DNA from: Kiritimatiellia bacterium
Lineage (GTDB): Bacteria; Verrucomicrobiota; Kiritimatiellia; CAIQIC01; Lenti-01
DNA length: 64,000 nucleotides
NCBI GenBank assembly: GCA_017458625.1
Contig: JAFTAH010000072.1
Span: forward strand, 6,828-70,827
Reading direction: 5' to 3'
A program made the translations under genes and the position numbers. Shown in pieces: positions 1-8,080 of this stretch (the first letter of the stretch is position 1; every line of letters starts with the position of its first letter). A model generated the notes under the pieces. The model was given only the letters and a program-made list of their open reading frames with translations. It was not told where the DNA came from and searched no databases.

Positions 1-231
1 GCCGAAAGCCCCCGCGGACGCCTCTACCTCCAAGTCGCCGCCACCGCCCTCGACCCGTCCACCCTCGCCCGCGAACTCGCCCCCCTCCGCGCCACCGGCG
101 ACGACTTCCCCAAGTTGCTCCTCACCCTCGACACCGTCCAACCCGACGACTTCGACGGCATCCGCCACCTCCGCGTCCCCGACTTCCTCCTCGCCGATCC
201 CACCCGCCTCCCGAACTTGTAAAGGCTTTTT
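1..231 (+). CDS. 3' end of a CDS running in from upstream (C-terminal 76 aa, stop TAA at 229-231); possibly the C-terminus of an AAA+/DUF4143-type ATPase
   Basis: Open frame from position 1 to TAA at 229-231 with non-random codon usage. Tail ...GIRHLRVPDFLLADPTRLPNL resembles the C-termini of predicted AAA ATPases. Too short to be sure. Confidence 0.3.
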
Positions 232-308
232 TTTCCCGTTTTCCCTCTCCTCCTCCCGTCCCCCCCTCATAAGAGTCTCGCCGGGCGGCCACCGGGCCGC
301 CCCGCCCC

Positions 309-614
309 TCAATGCTCGTGCACCCCGCTTGGCGACAGCCCGCACGAGCCGAAGCTGGACGACCCGCAAAACCGGCACTTCCCCTGCCCGAAGCCATGTT
401 CGTGCTTCCCGTGCGGCGCCAGGCTGCATGTTCCATAGGCCGATGACCCGCAATACATGCACTTGTCCGCCCCGCTGTCCGTATGCTTGTGCACCTTGCC
501 ATACGCACACGACCCATAACTTCCCGACCCGCAAAACGAACAAGTGCCCCACGCCGCCCCGGCAAACAAAAGGCAAAAGGCCACTGCCCCGGTCGTCAGT
601 CGAAATGTTCTCAT
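309..614 (-). CDS. small secreted Cys/His-rich protein with three tandem C-x-[FY]-C-G-S-x-x-[YF]-G-[ST]-C repeats, each followed by a His-rich patch (101 aa)
   Basis: ATG at 614 (MRTFRLTTGAVAFCLLFAGAAWG = signal peptide). Mature part has 12 Cys in ~80 aa arranged as CSFCGSGSYGSC / CMYCGSSAYGTC / CRFCGSSSFGSC interleaved with HKH, HGKHEHG, GVHEH. The longer 207-aa ORF upstream of this ATG is Gly/Arg-rich noise. Confidence 0.5.
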   Translation of the reverse strand: MRTFRLTTGAVAFCLLFAGAAWGTCSFCGSGSYGSCAYGKVHKHTDSGADKCMYCGSSAYGTCSLAPHGKHEHGFGQGKCRFCGSSSFGSCGLSPSGVHEH

Positions 615-697
615 CTCTCGCTCCTTCTCCGAAAAGCCGTTTGACCCCCGTTTATACCCCGCCCCGCCACCCGTGCCAAGCCCAAACCGCGCCTCCC

Positions 698-780
698 CGC
701 GCATCTGGGTTGTTTGCTCCCCGGGGTGCCAAGGCCGGCGTGCCCCTCTCGTCCGAGTCCCGCCGGGCGGTCCCCGTGCC
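698..780 (+). repeat. copy C of a ~85-105 bp intergenic repeat family (shares GCGCATCTGGGTTGTTTGC head and CCGCCGGGCGG-CCCGTG tail with copy B at 51500-51600; central part diverged)
   Basis: Direct comparison with 51500-51600 and 27524-27627. Confidence 0.45.
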
Positions 781-900
781 GCCCCTCCCCCATCAAGCCC
801 GAAAACACACCCATCCCGCCCTACAAGTTTTGCCCCCGGCCGTCCCGTCGGCCGCCCTGCCCCACTCCCTTCCCACTTTTCACTTGCCCCCACGCGCCGC

Positions 901-1353
901 CTACCACCCGTCCGGCTGAAAGGCGTTCTCAATGTGCCGAATCGTCGGTGCCTCCCGCCCGTCCATCCGTCCCACCACCTCCACCACGTCGAACCGCCGC
1001 AACCCCGCCCCCCGCCGCACCCGCTTCAGATACCGCCACGCCGCTTTCGCCATCGTCTTGCGCTTCACGGCGTCCACGCGGCTCAAGGGGCGCCCGAAGC
1101 GCTCGTTTTCCGAGGTTTTGACCTCGACAAACACCAGCGTGTCCGGCTTCGGCTGCCGCGCCACCAAATCCAGCTCAAGCCGTCCGCCGTAGCGCACGTT
1201 GCGCGCCAGGATTTTCCACCCCTTGCGGCGCAAAAACGCGGCCGCCTCCAGCTCGCCCCAGCGTCCGAGCACCTGGTTCGGGGTGCCGCCCCCGGCCGCG
1301 GCGACCGCCCTCCGCCACGCCCGGCCCCACCGCTCCAGCCAGCCCGCGACCAC
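901..1353 (-). CDS. yraN: YraN-family (UPF0102) predicted endonuclease
   Basis: GRWGELEAAAFLRRKGWKILARNVRYGGRLELDLVARQPKPDTLVFVEVKTS is the YraN/Holliday-junction-resolvase-like core. The start at 1353 is GTG; the exact start is uncertain. Confidence 0.75.
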   Translation of the reverse strand: MVAGWLERWGRAWRRAVAAAGGGTPNQVLGRWGELEAAAFLRRKGWKILARNVRYGGRLELDLVARQPKPDTLVFVEVKTSENERFGRPLSRVDAVKRKTMAKAAWRYLKRVRRGAGLRRFDVVEVVGRMDGREAPTIRHIENAFQPDGW

Positions 1354-1356
1354 CGG

Positions 1357-1803
1357 TCAATCCAGCGGAATCGGGCACGCCCGGATGCCCCAAATCTCCT
1401 CTGCGTACTCCCGGATCGTCCGGTCCGTGCTGAATTTTCCGCTGTTGGCGATGTTCATCAGGCACTTCCGGGCCCACTCTTCCTTGTCCAGGAAGGCCGC
1501 CGAGACCCGCGCCTGCCCCTCCACGTAGGCGGCGAAGTCGGACAGCACCAGATAGCGGTCGCCATGCGTCAGCAGCGTGTCGACGATGGGCTGGTAGAGC
1601 CCCGGCTGGTCGAGGTTGAAGAAATTGTCGCGGATGGCGTCGAGCACGCGCCGCAAATCCGCGTTCGCCCGGTACTCGTCCCACGGGTTGTACCCCGCCC
1701 GCACCGTCGCCGCCACTTCCTCCACGGTCTTGCCGAACAGGAAGAAGTTCTCCGCCCCGACCTCTTCCCGGATTTCCACGTTTTCCCCGTCCCGCGATGC
1801 CCC
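1357..1803 (-). pseudogene. glgP: C-terminal ~148-aa remnant of glycogen/alpha-glucan phosphorylase (glgP), with its 5' ~80% missing
   Basis: DGENVEIREEVGAENFFLFGKTVEEV...DRYLVLSDFAAYVEGQARVSAAFLDKEEWARKCLMNIANSGKFSTDRTIREYAEEIWGI matches the extreme C-terminus of GT35 phosphorylases. Homology stops near 1803, where the tandem repeat array begins. A full-length GlgP is ~800 aa. Confidence 0.75.
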
Positions 1804-1860
1804 GACCCCCGCCCCTGCCGCACGCGGCGCCCACCCCCCGACAAGCCGGGCCGGCCGCGG

Positions 1861-2012
1861 GTTTTCCACACTGTGGAAAACCGCCGCGAAACACGTTTCC
1901 ATTGTGTGGAAAACATGCCGAAACATGCTTCCATTGTCTGGAAACTTTTCCGAAACATGTTTCCATTGTGTGGAAAACCCCACGCAACCTCTTTCCATCT
2001 GTAGGAAAACCG
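1861..2012. repeat. tandem array (~4.5 units, 27-32 bp period) of the palindromic unit GAAACATGTTTCCATTGTGTGGAAAAC
   Basis: Units at 1861-1881, 1888-1914, 1920-1945, 1952-1978 and 1994-2012. Each contains the inverted repeats GAAACATGTTTC and TTCCA-N5-TGGAA (GTTTTCCACA/TGTGGAAAAC is a perfect palindrome). Spacers are short and non-unique, so it is not CRISPR. All six frames give similar peptides, so the ORFs here are repeat artefacts. Confidence 0.85.
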
Positions 2013-2046
2013 TGGAACCCCTCCCCTTTGCCCCACTGGGACCATC

Positions 2047-2649
2047 CTATTGGCCCTTGAGCGCTTTCAGCACCTTTTCACGGTACTTTTCTTTGCCCAT
2101 ATTGCGAGCCGCATAATGAGGAATCTTGATGATTGGATACTTCCCGTCCTTGCCAAGATATTTCCGAAGGATGTCGTATGCATTGTCGCCCATGGCAACA
2201 AGCACGGGATGTTTTCCCAGAAACGACAGTTCTTCTTCAAATCTGCGTATGTTCCTTTTTGCTTTTTCGGGATGCTCCCTCAAGTGTTTCATCACCTCAC
2301 GAGAATTGCCTTCCACATGCTCTTTGATGACGTCGGTGAGGTACGATCCCCAGTATGGTGTATCCTGCAAGGCGAATCTCAACTTGAAATCTTTCTGGCG
2401 GCTATAGTCGCTGTGGAAATTCTTCCAGTCTTCCTTGAACCCTCCCTTCTGATTCCCCCGAGTGTTGGAGACATTCAAGCCGACAAACACAAACTTGGCC
2501 TTGAGAATGCGAAGAAGCCCGGCTTCATTGACCCAATCCATGGAGCCCGTATTCGAACTTGGTGTTCCGCCAGCTCGTTCCCATACCGCCCAACTGCCGA
2601 ATTTGCCATACTTCTCTTTCATGACGGCGTATGTGTCTTCCGTTATCAT
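2047..2649 (-). CDS. hypothetical protein (200 aa) in a low-GC (~45%) island; weak UDG-superfamily (MUG/TDG-like) pattern
   Basis: ATG at 2649, Lys/Glu-rich, clearly lower GC than flanks, AT-rich upstream region 2650-2750. FVFVGLNVSN ... VLVAMGDNAYDILRKY ... IKIPHYAARN loosely resembles the MUG motifs (VGINPG ... ILGKQAY ... LPNPSGL); the assignment is speculative. Confidence 0.55.
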   Translation of the reverse strand: MITEDTYAVMKEKYGKFGSWAVWERAGGTPSSNTGSMDWVNEAGLLRILKAKFVFVGLNVSNTRGNQKGGFKEDWKNFHSDYSRQKDFKLRFALQDTPYWGSYLTDVIKEHVEGNSREVMKHLREHPEKAKRNIRRFEEELSFLGKHPVLVAMGDNAYDILRKYLGKDGKYPIIKIPHYAARNMGKEKYREKVLKALKGQ

Positions 2650-2751
2650 AATATGCTCTCCGTTGTTCGTAATCTTGTGTCTATTTCAATTCGTTGTGGT
2701 TGTTGTGGTTGTTTTCATGAACTCGAAGCAGGTCCGGTTTCTTGTTGTTTT

Positions 2752-4053
2752 TCATTCCGACAGGACCCTGGCGGGGCGGAAGCCCAGGCTGCGGTCGCGG
2801 ACGGACGGGTGGCCGTCGCCGCGGTACGCCGACCGGCAGTAGTCCGCAAAGTGGCCCCAACACCCGCCCCGGTACACGCGGCCCGACCCGGACGAAGCCC
2901 CCTTCGGATCCGTCACCGAGCCGTCCGGATAATCCCCATACCAGTCCGCGCACCACTCCCACACGTTCCCGTGCATGTCGTAAAGCCCCCACGCATTCGG
3001 CTGTTTTTGCCCCACCGGATGCGTCCTGTTCCCGCTGTTGCCGTCATACCACCCCATGTCGTCCAGATTCCCCGTCCCCGCATACTCCCCCGTGCTCCCC
3101 GCACGGCACGCATACTCCCACTGCGCCTCCGTTGGCAACTGCAAGCCCGTTTTCTCGCAAAACTCCTGGCAATCGTCCCAACTCACATTTTCCACCGGCA
3201 GGTCGTCCCCCTCGAAAACTGACGGATTGTTCCCCATCACGCTCTTCCACTGCGCCTGCGTCACCTCCGACTTCGCCATCCAGAACCCCTTCGTCAACGT
3301 CACTTCGTGGACGGGCCGCTCGTCGCTGTCGCCATCGTTGCTCCCCATCATGAACGTTCCCGCCGGGCACCACGCCATCTCCATCTGCACTCCCCCCGGC
3401 AACGTGATGGTCTTCGTCTCTCCGGGTTTCTTTCCAGCTTGCATTGCCACAATTTCGGCTTTCGCTTTGGCTGCGGCCTCGGCTTCGGCTTTTGCCTTGG
3501 CTTCTGCGGCCGCCTTTTCGTCTGCGATTTGTTTTTTGACTTTCTCCAACAAGCTGCCACTCACTTCGACATAGCGTGCGACCCTTTTTTCGGCGCCCAT
3601 GGCGGTTTCGTACTCCATCGAACCACGACGGATATAGTACCCTTCGTCCAAAAACTCGCCATCCTCGTAACGCCTGGTCGTCTCCACCCAGATCACGCGG
3701 TCGCGAGAACCGAATGCGTATTCCACCAAATTGCCTTTCTTCGTGGCTTGCATCACTCTAACAAAATGACCGTTGTTGAAATATACTTCCCCTTCGTCTT
3801 TTGGAAAGCCATCGAACACGCTGAGGAAATCCTTCCCCGTGTATGTCCAGTCGCCGCCCCCTCCGCCGCCCCCCTCCCCGTCACCGACAAACGCCCCGAT
3901 GATTCCCAGAATCACCAGCACGCCCACGATGCAAATCGCCTTGCCTTTGGTGCCGCTCTTCCAGAGTCCGGCAATCTTCGCCCAGATGCCGGCCGTCTTT
4001 TTCTTGGCCTCGCCCGCAAGCTCCGCCGCTTTTTCTTTCGTTTCGTTGTCCAT
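2752..4053 (-). CDS. membrane-anchored formylglycine-generating-enzyme (FGE/SUMF1) domain protein with N-terminal TM helix, poly-Gly linker and Ala/Lys/Glu coiled linker
   Basis: C-terminal domain MEMAWCPAGTFMMGS...RPVHEVTLTKGFWMAKSEVTQAQW...GLYDMHGNVWEWCADWY...RVYRGGCW is a canonical FGE-sulfatase fold. ATG at 4053 with AGGAG 7 nt upstream (the track's 4083 start is TTG). TM segment ICIVGVLVILGIIGAFV. Confidence 0.85.
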   Translation of the reverse strand: MDNETKEKAAELAGEAKKKTAGIWAKIAGLWKSGTKGKAICIVGVLVILGIIGAFVGDGEGGGGGGGDWTYTGKDFLSVFDGFPKDEGEVYFNNGHFVRVMQATKKGNLVEYAFGSRDRVIWVETTRRYEDGEFLDEGYYIRRGSMEYETAMGAEKRVARYVEVSGSLLEKVKKQIADEKAAAEAKAKAEAEAAAKAKAEIVAMQAGKKPGETKTITLPGGVQMEMAWCPAGTFMMGSNDGDSDERPVHEVTLTKGFWMAKSEVTQAQWKSVMGNNPSVFEGDDLPVENVSWDDCQEFCEKTGLQLPTEAQWEYACRAGSTGEYAGTGNLDDMGWYDGNSGNRTHPVGQKQPNAWGLYDMHGNVWEWCADWYGDYPDGSVTDPKGASSGSGRVYRGGCWGHFADYCRSAYRGDGHPSVRDRSLGFRPARVLSE

Positions 4054-4182
4054 GTTTTGACTCCTGTGTTCTCGATTTTCCAAGTTCGTGATGGAAACCC
4101 GTATTGTGTTTTATCTCTTCTGGAGTGGGGCAATGAATTTTCGCTTTGCAGATGTCGGTTTTCCCGTCCTCCATTATCCTTT

Positions 4183-4300
4183 TGGCCGGACACCGTGTCC
4201 GTTCCGCCCTTCACTCAAATACTCGCCCGCCACCCTCAAAATCTTTCACCACCTGTCAAAAAAATTTGTCATGCTGGCAAAAAACGTGTGGACCATGCGA
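4183..4300 (+). repeat. copy 1 of conserved ~90-120 bp intergenic element (CACTCAAATACTCGCCC-N8-CAAAATCTTTCAC-N8-GACAAAAAA ... CGTGTGGACC)
   Basis: Near-identical blocks at 5412-5500 and 10765-10890. Confidence 0.6.
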
Positions 4301-4642
4301 AATGCCCCTGTCCCCCTGCCCGCGTTGAGCGCCCTTCCCCGGCCTGGCACGGCGGAACGGCATGCGAAATGCCAGAGTTTCCTGTTTGTTTCTTCGGAAA
4401 TCTTTCGGAAGTCATGCAATGAATTCTTCTGTAAAGTGGATGGAACTGCCGAATCCAAAACCCGGCTGCCATGACAATACTAACGGGGACAACCTACCGC
4501 GGCAAGACATTCAGGTTGCCACCGTGGCAAACTCCCGCCCTTTTGAAATCCCCTCTCTTCCCCATCCCAATCTCCTTTGTCCCCTCTGTGTTCTTTGTGG
4601 CTTTCCCTCCCCTCTCCGCGCCTCCGCGTCTCCGCGTGAGCT

Positions 4643-5026
4643 TCAATCAGAATCCACCAGAACAGGCGAGAAAAACTCTGCGACCGGCGCCTCCAAAAGC
4701 GCGGCGATGCCTGCGAGAAGCGGCGGCGTGGGGAAGCGCTGTCCGGCCTCCCACCGACTCCAGGTGCTGGCGGAAACGCCGAGTTCGAGAGCCGCGCCAT
4801 AGCGCTTGAGCCCCCGCGCCTCCCGGATGCGGCGCAAGTTGGCGGCAAATGTGCGGCGCATGGCGGCGTAGGCCGCCTCGCGGAGTTCCGGCGTCAGGGG
4901 CTTGACCGGTACTTGGCGCCGTCGCGGCGGCGTTCTCTTTTTCACGCCGTGCCTCCGGGATGCAGCCGTGGCGGGACGGCCCCCGCCGCCGCTCCGCCCG
5001 TCTGGCCTCTCTCTCCTGGTTCGCAT
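4643..5026 (-). CDS. XRE-family helix-turn-helix transcriptional regulator
   Basis: AANLRRIREARGLKRYGAALELGVSASTWSRWEAGQRFPTPPLLAGIAALLEAP is an HTH_XRE domain. The start is ambiguous: ATG at 5026, GTG at 4945 or ATG at 4861. The basic stretch GVKKRTPPRRRQ uses AAG/AAA codons, which favours it being coding. Confidence 0.7.
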   Translation of the reverse strand: MRTRRERPDGRSGGGGRPATAASRRHGVKKRTPPRRRQVPVKPLTPELREAAYAAMRRTFAANLRRIREARGLKRYGAALELGVSASTWSRWEAGQRFPTPPLLAGIAALLEAPVAEFFSPVLVDSD

Positions 5027-5411
5027 CCGGTTTCCTTCCGACCCGCCGTCCGCAAACGCCCCGACGCGGAAACCTGAGCGACAAAAAAAGCACGCCCACT
5101 GCTTCCATCCCCCGGGAGGCCGTAGGAAGTGCCTGGTGGAAAGACGGGAAAGCGGGGCGCGCGCACGTGCGCGCGTTCCCGAAGCGTCATTCCACCGTGA
5201 AATTTCCTACGTTTCCCGGAGCAACATCTTCGCGATTGCGAAACTCGGCTGTCTTCGCCGCGCGGCCCCGGAAGGGGCCCGGAGCCGTGCGGACGACCCG
5301 TTTGTACCCTGTCCCAATGGCCCCGTAAAGCAAAAACAGGCGGCGAAACGCCCCGCTTTCCCAAAATCTTTCCCCCGTTTCCGTCCATGGAGTTGCATCC
5401 TTTCCGTTCGC

Positions 5412-5500
5412 GGCCGGACACCGCGTCCGCTCCGCCTTCACTCCAATACTCGCCCCGCTCCCCGGAAATCTTTCACTTCCTCCCGACAAAAAACGCGCCC
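5412..5500 (+). repeat. copy 2 of the conserved intergenic element (CACTCCAATACTCGCCCC-N8-GGAAATCTTTCAC)
   Basis: Alignment with 4183-4300 and 10765-10890, including the shared GGCCGGACACCG(T/C)GTCCG(T/C)TCCGCC(C)TTCACTC head. Confidence 0.6.
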
Positions 5501-5779
5501 GGTTCCGCCAGACGCTCCCGCACCGCTCCGACCCGCAGTCTTGCCGTTCTCTTTTCTCCCCCCCGCGCGTCTCTGCGTTGAAAAACCTCACACCACCGAC
5601 AACGCATCCACGTTCACCCCCGCCCCCACCCCCTTCACTCCCGCCGCCCGCCTCATCGCCTCCCCCAGCACCCTCGACGCCTCCCTCCCCGCGCCCTCCC
5701 TTCGCGCCACCCTGCTTGGAGCGTCATCGTTGTTCCTTGCGCCCCCAAAAGTTCCACGCCATGGAAGTCGAATTCGGCC

Positions 5780-5876
5780 CCGCGCGCCCTGCCACGGCTA
5801 GGCCAGCATTCCCCACGCCGCCAGCAACCCCGCCAGGCGTTTGGCCCAACAACTTCTCCAACCCCGTCTTGCACAA
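5780..5876 (-). pseudogene. degenerate orphan copy of the N-terminal signal module (MKTRLHFHCARRGWRSCWAKRLAGLLAAWGMLA*) directly after family copy 1
   Basis: Reverse complement of 5780-5876 translates to a 33-aa peptide nearly identical at its start to the 79-aa module at 8832-9071 (MKTELHFHCPRRGWRNWAKHLAWLLPLW...). DNA at 5850-5960 is ~identical to 9046-9130. Confidence 0.4.
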
Positions 5877-5899
5877 TGGAAATGGAGTCGTGTTTTCAT

Positions 5900-6964
5900 C
5901 TACGGGAAGAGAAACGCCTTTTCGTAACGGAAAACATCAAGGTTTTTGAACAGGTTTTCGCTGAATTCGATGTTGCGGTCGTTGGGCACGGGATTGAAAT
6001 AATAGGAAAAATCGCCGAATCCGCCTTCCGTTCCGGGATGGGCTTCAACCTTGAAGTCCCTGTATATTTTCCCATAGTGGGCGGACACGACGTTGCCCTT
6101 TTCGTCCAATTGTGTCCGGACGCGCAAATAGAAACACCTGTCTTGGTTGGGCATCCACCCCCGCTCTTCCGCCTCGTCGTCCGACGGACAGGCGTAATAC
6201 CCCTTCCTCGTCAACCGGGGTTCGTACCCCGACTCCGGCGCCGTCCGCAAAAAGTGCCGGAACGTGTCCTCGGGCAGCAACACGGGAATGACGCCGTTCC
6301 CTTCGCCGGGAAACTCCACGTCCATCTGGAACACAACCATTTCGACGGTTTCATATCCCAGATAGGAAGAGACTTTTCTTTCGCCTCTCGATTCGCGGTG
6401 AATCGTCAACTCCATGTCGGGAATTGTTCCCTTCCCGTAAGGGGAAATCCAATCTCCAGCCTCCAAGTCATAGCCACAGGGACAATCCATTTCGGGGATG
6501 CGGCACCCCTCAAGATGCTTGGCGAACATCGGGACAGGCGTTCCCTTTTTGTTCAGCCGCAACTCCAAGGTTGGATTCCACGGCTGGAACCATGGAGGCG
6601 TTCCCCCCACGACGTTCGTGAAAACGAGGTCCCGCTCGAAACGGTAATACCCGTCGGGCTTGGATTCGACGATGACTTTGCCGCCATCCGCCATCGCCGA
6701 CATGGAACAAAAACCGTCTTTGTCCGTGCGTGCTTTTTTTTGCACGGGAGCGCCAAAACCCCAGCCTTGCCCCCTCTTCAGGGTCGTTCCGAAAAACGCA
6801 TCCACTTCCACCCCTTCCAACGCCGCCCCCGTGTCGAAATCCGTCACCCGGACCGTCACTTTCTGCAAGCTTGGGGCTGCAATCAAATGGACCGCCCCTT
6901 TCCATAACATTGCCACCACCACCCACGCAGGCAGCAACCACAACAAATGTTTAGTCCATTTCAT
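5900..6964 (-). CDS. secreted/membrane-anchored hypothetical protein, family copy 1 (354 aa; N-terminal signal anchor + carboxypeptidase-regulatory-like beta-sandwich motif VTVRVTDFDTG..EGVEV)
   Basis: ATG at 6964; MKWTKHLLWLLPAWVVVAMLWKG signal. ~75% identical to the 9072-10130 product. First ~110 nt and last ~85 nt are identical to the paralog, suggesting gene conversion at the ends. Confidence 0.75.
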   Translation of the reverse strand: MKWTKHLLWLLPAWVVVAMLWKGAVHLIAAPSLQKVTVRVTDFDTGAALEGVEVDAFFGTTLKRGQGWGFGAPVQKKARTDKDGFCSMSAMADGGKVIVESKPDGYYRFERDLVFTNVVGGTPPWFQPWNPTLELRLNKKGTPVPMFAKHLEGCRIPEMDCPCGYDLEAGDWISPYGKGTIPDMELTIHRESRGERKVSSYLGYETVEMVVFQMDVEFPGEGNGVIPVLLPEDTFRHFLRTAPESGYEPRLTRKGYYACPSDDEAEERGWMPNQDRCFYLRVRTQLDEKGNVVSAHYGKIYRDFKVEAHPGTEGGFGDFSYYFNPVPNDRNIEFSENLFKNLDVFRYEKAFLFP

Positions 6965-7369
6965 TCAATGTTCCTTTCTGCACCACAAGATCGAAGATTG
7001 ACTTCGTCTGCCTCCATGGCAACGATTTGGCAGCGGAGGTTTCGCGACCGCCGAACAGGAATCATTGTGGATTCCATGCCATGCCTGCACGCGTTAATCC
7101 TTGCTGGTTCAGGCCCCATGTTTGGAATCCCGGAGACAACTCCGTGTTTGTAGGGGTGGCACGGGCTGGGCGGCGATTCCCGGGACGCACCGCCCGCACC
7201 CCTGCGCCGCCGCGCCCACCGCGGCCGACGCCGACAGCAGCCCAGCCAGTGGCAGGCCCGCCGCCAGGGTCTTTTCATCTTGTCCAGCCGGTTCCTGCCT
7301 TCGGGTCCCAGGTGCACGGGCACTCCTCATCCTCTTTGTTTTCCGCTTTCTTTCCGTTCATTTTCGTTG

Positions 7370-8080
7370 TTATCTCCTCTTTATCAATCCTGAGCGCGGA
7401 CACGGCTTGCGGCACAACAACCAAATGCCAATCCCGCATGAAAACGCCAGACATGTCCAAACAATCGGCATGTACGGCTTTTTCCCTCCAGTCTCGGAAA
7501 ATGCCGTCATGCAGGGAGGGATTGTTCCGGTTGTTCCCTCCGTTTCCGGGGAGTTGGCAGATTCTTCTTTGTCCACCGGCTCTGCCCCCTCATTGTATAT
7601 TTTCCGATTCCACTGCTCCACCTCCCGCACTGCAGTATCTTTCGCGTGACGTTGCAAGTACCCCTGCAAGGGACTCTCGAACGGCCATTGGCACCACCGG
7701 AAAACCCGGGGACTCACTTTCCCCTCATCCGTGAGACGCGCCACCTCGAGCAAAAACGTTCCGAACTCGTCTTCGTCCATGTACCAGCACGAACACAACA
7801 CAAGCGTTTTGGACATTTCGTCCGGCGCCAACTCGTCCAAATGGGCCAGAGCCAAACGCCAAGACTTCGACAATTCCCTTTGCAGAGCCCTGAATTCGGG
7901 TTCATGGGAATATCGAGGAAGGATGTCCACCAAATCGCCCGCTTCGTTCTTGCGGCGTTCTCTTGCATAGCGCTCGGCGTCTCCAATTCGTGCGCGGAGG
8001 CTTTCCAAGCCCCCCCCATACGCGCTGAATGCAAGCGTCACCCAAGCCATGGCCACCAACCATTTCGAACATCTTTTCAT
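7370..8080 (-). CDS. hypothetical protein with N-terminal signal peptide and C-terminal TM helix (236 aa); candidate immunity/partner protein of the upstream amidase-like gene
   Basis: MKRCSKWLVAMAWVTLAFSAYGG signal; C-terminal IVWTCLAFSCGIGIWLLC TM. Start codon overlaps the stop of 8077-8835 (ATGA coupling). Confidence 0.6.
   Translation of the reverse strand: MKRCSKWLVAMAWVTLAFSAYGGGLESLRARIGDAERYARERRKNEAGDLVDILPRYSHEPEFRALQRELSKSWRLALAHLDELAPDEMSKTLVLCSCWYMDEDEFGTFLLEVARLTDEGKVSPRVFRWCQWPFESPLQGYLQRHAKDTAVREVEQWNRKIYNEGAEPVDKEESANSPETEGTTGTIPPCMTAFSETGGKKPYMPIVWTCLAFSCGIGIWLLCRKPCPRSGLIKRR

Noticed and set aside
544-2004. 486-aa + strand ORF and other long ORFs across 300-2000
   Set aside because: Pro/Arg-rich translation antisense to the Cys-rich protein gene, yraN and the glgP remnant. 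It runs through the tandem repeat array. No domain signal.
1861-2012. Possible CRISPR array
   Set aside because: Units are contiguous ~30-bp direct repeats with only 5-13 bp non-unique linkers. There are no spacer-sized unique segments and no cas genes nearby. Tandem palindromic repeat instead.
5578-5949. 123-aa Pro-rich ORF downstream of conserved element copy 2
   Set aside because: Composition (PPPPPPSLPPPASSPPP) is typical of GC-rich non-coding frames. It overlaps the 3' end of family copy 1 on the opposite strand.
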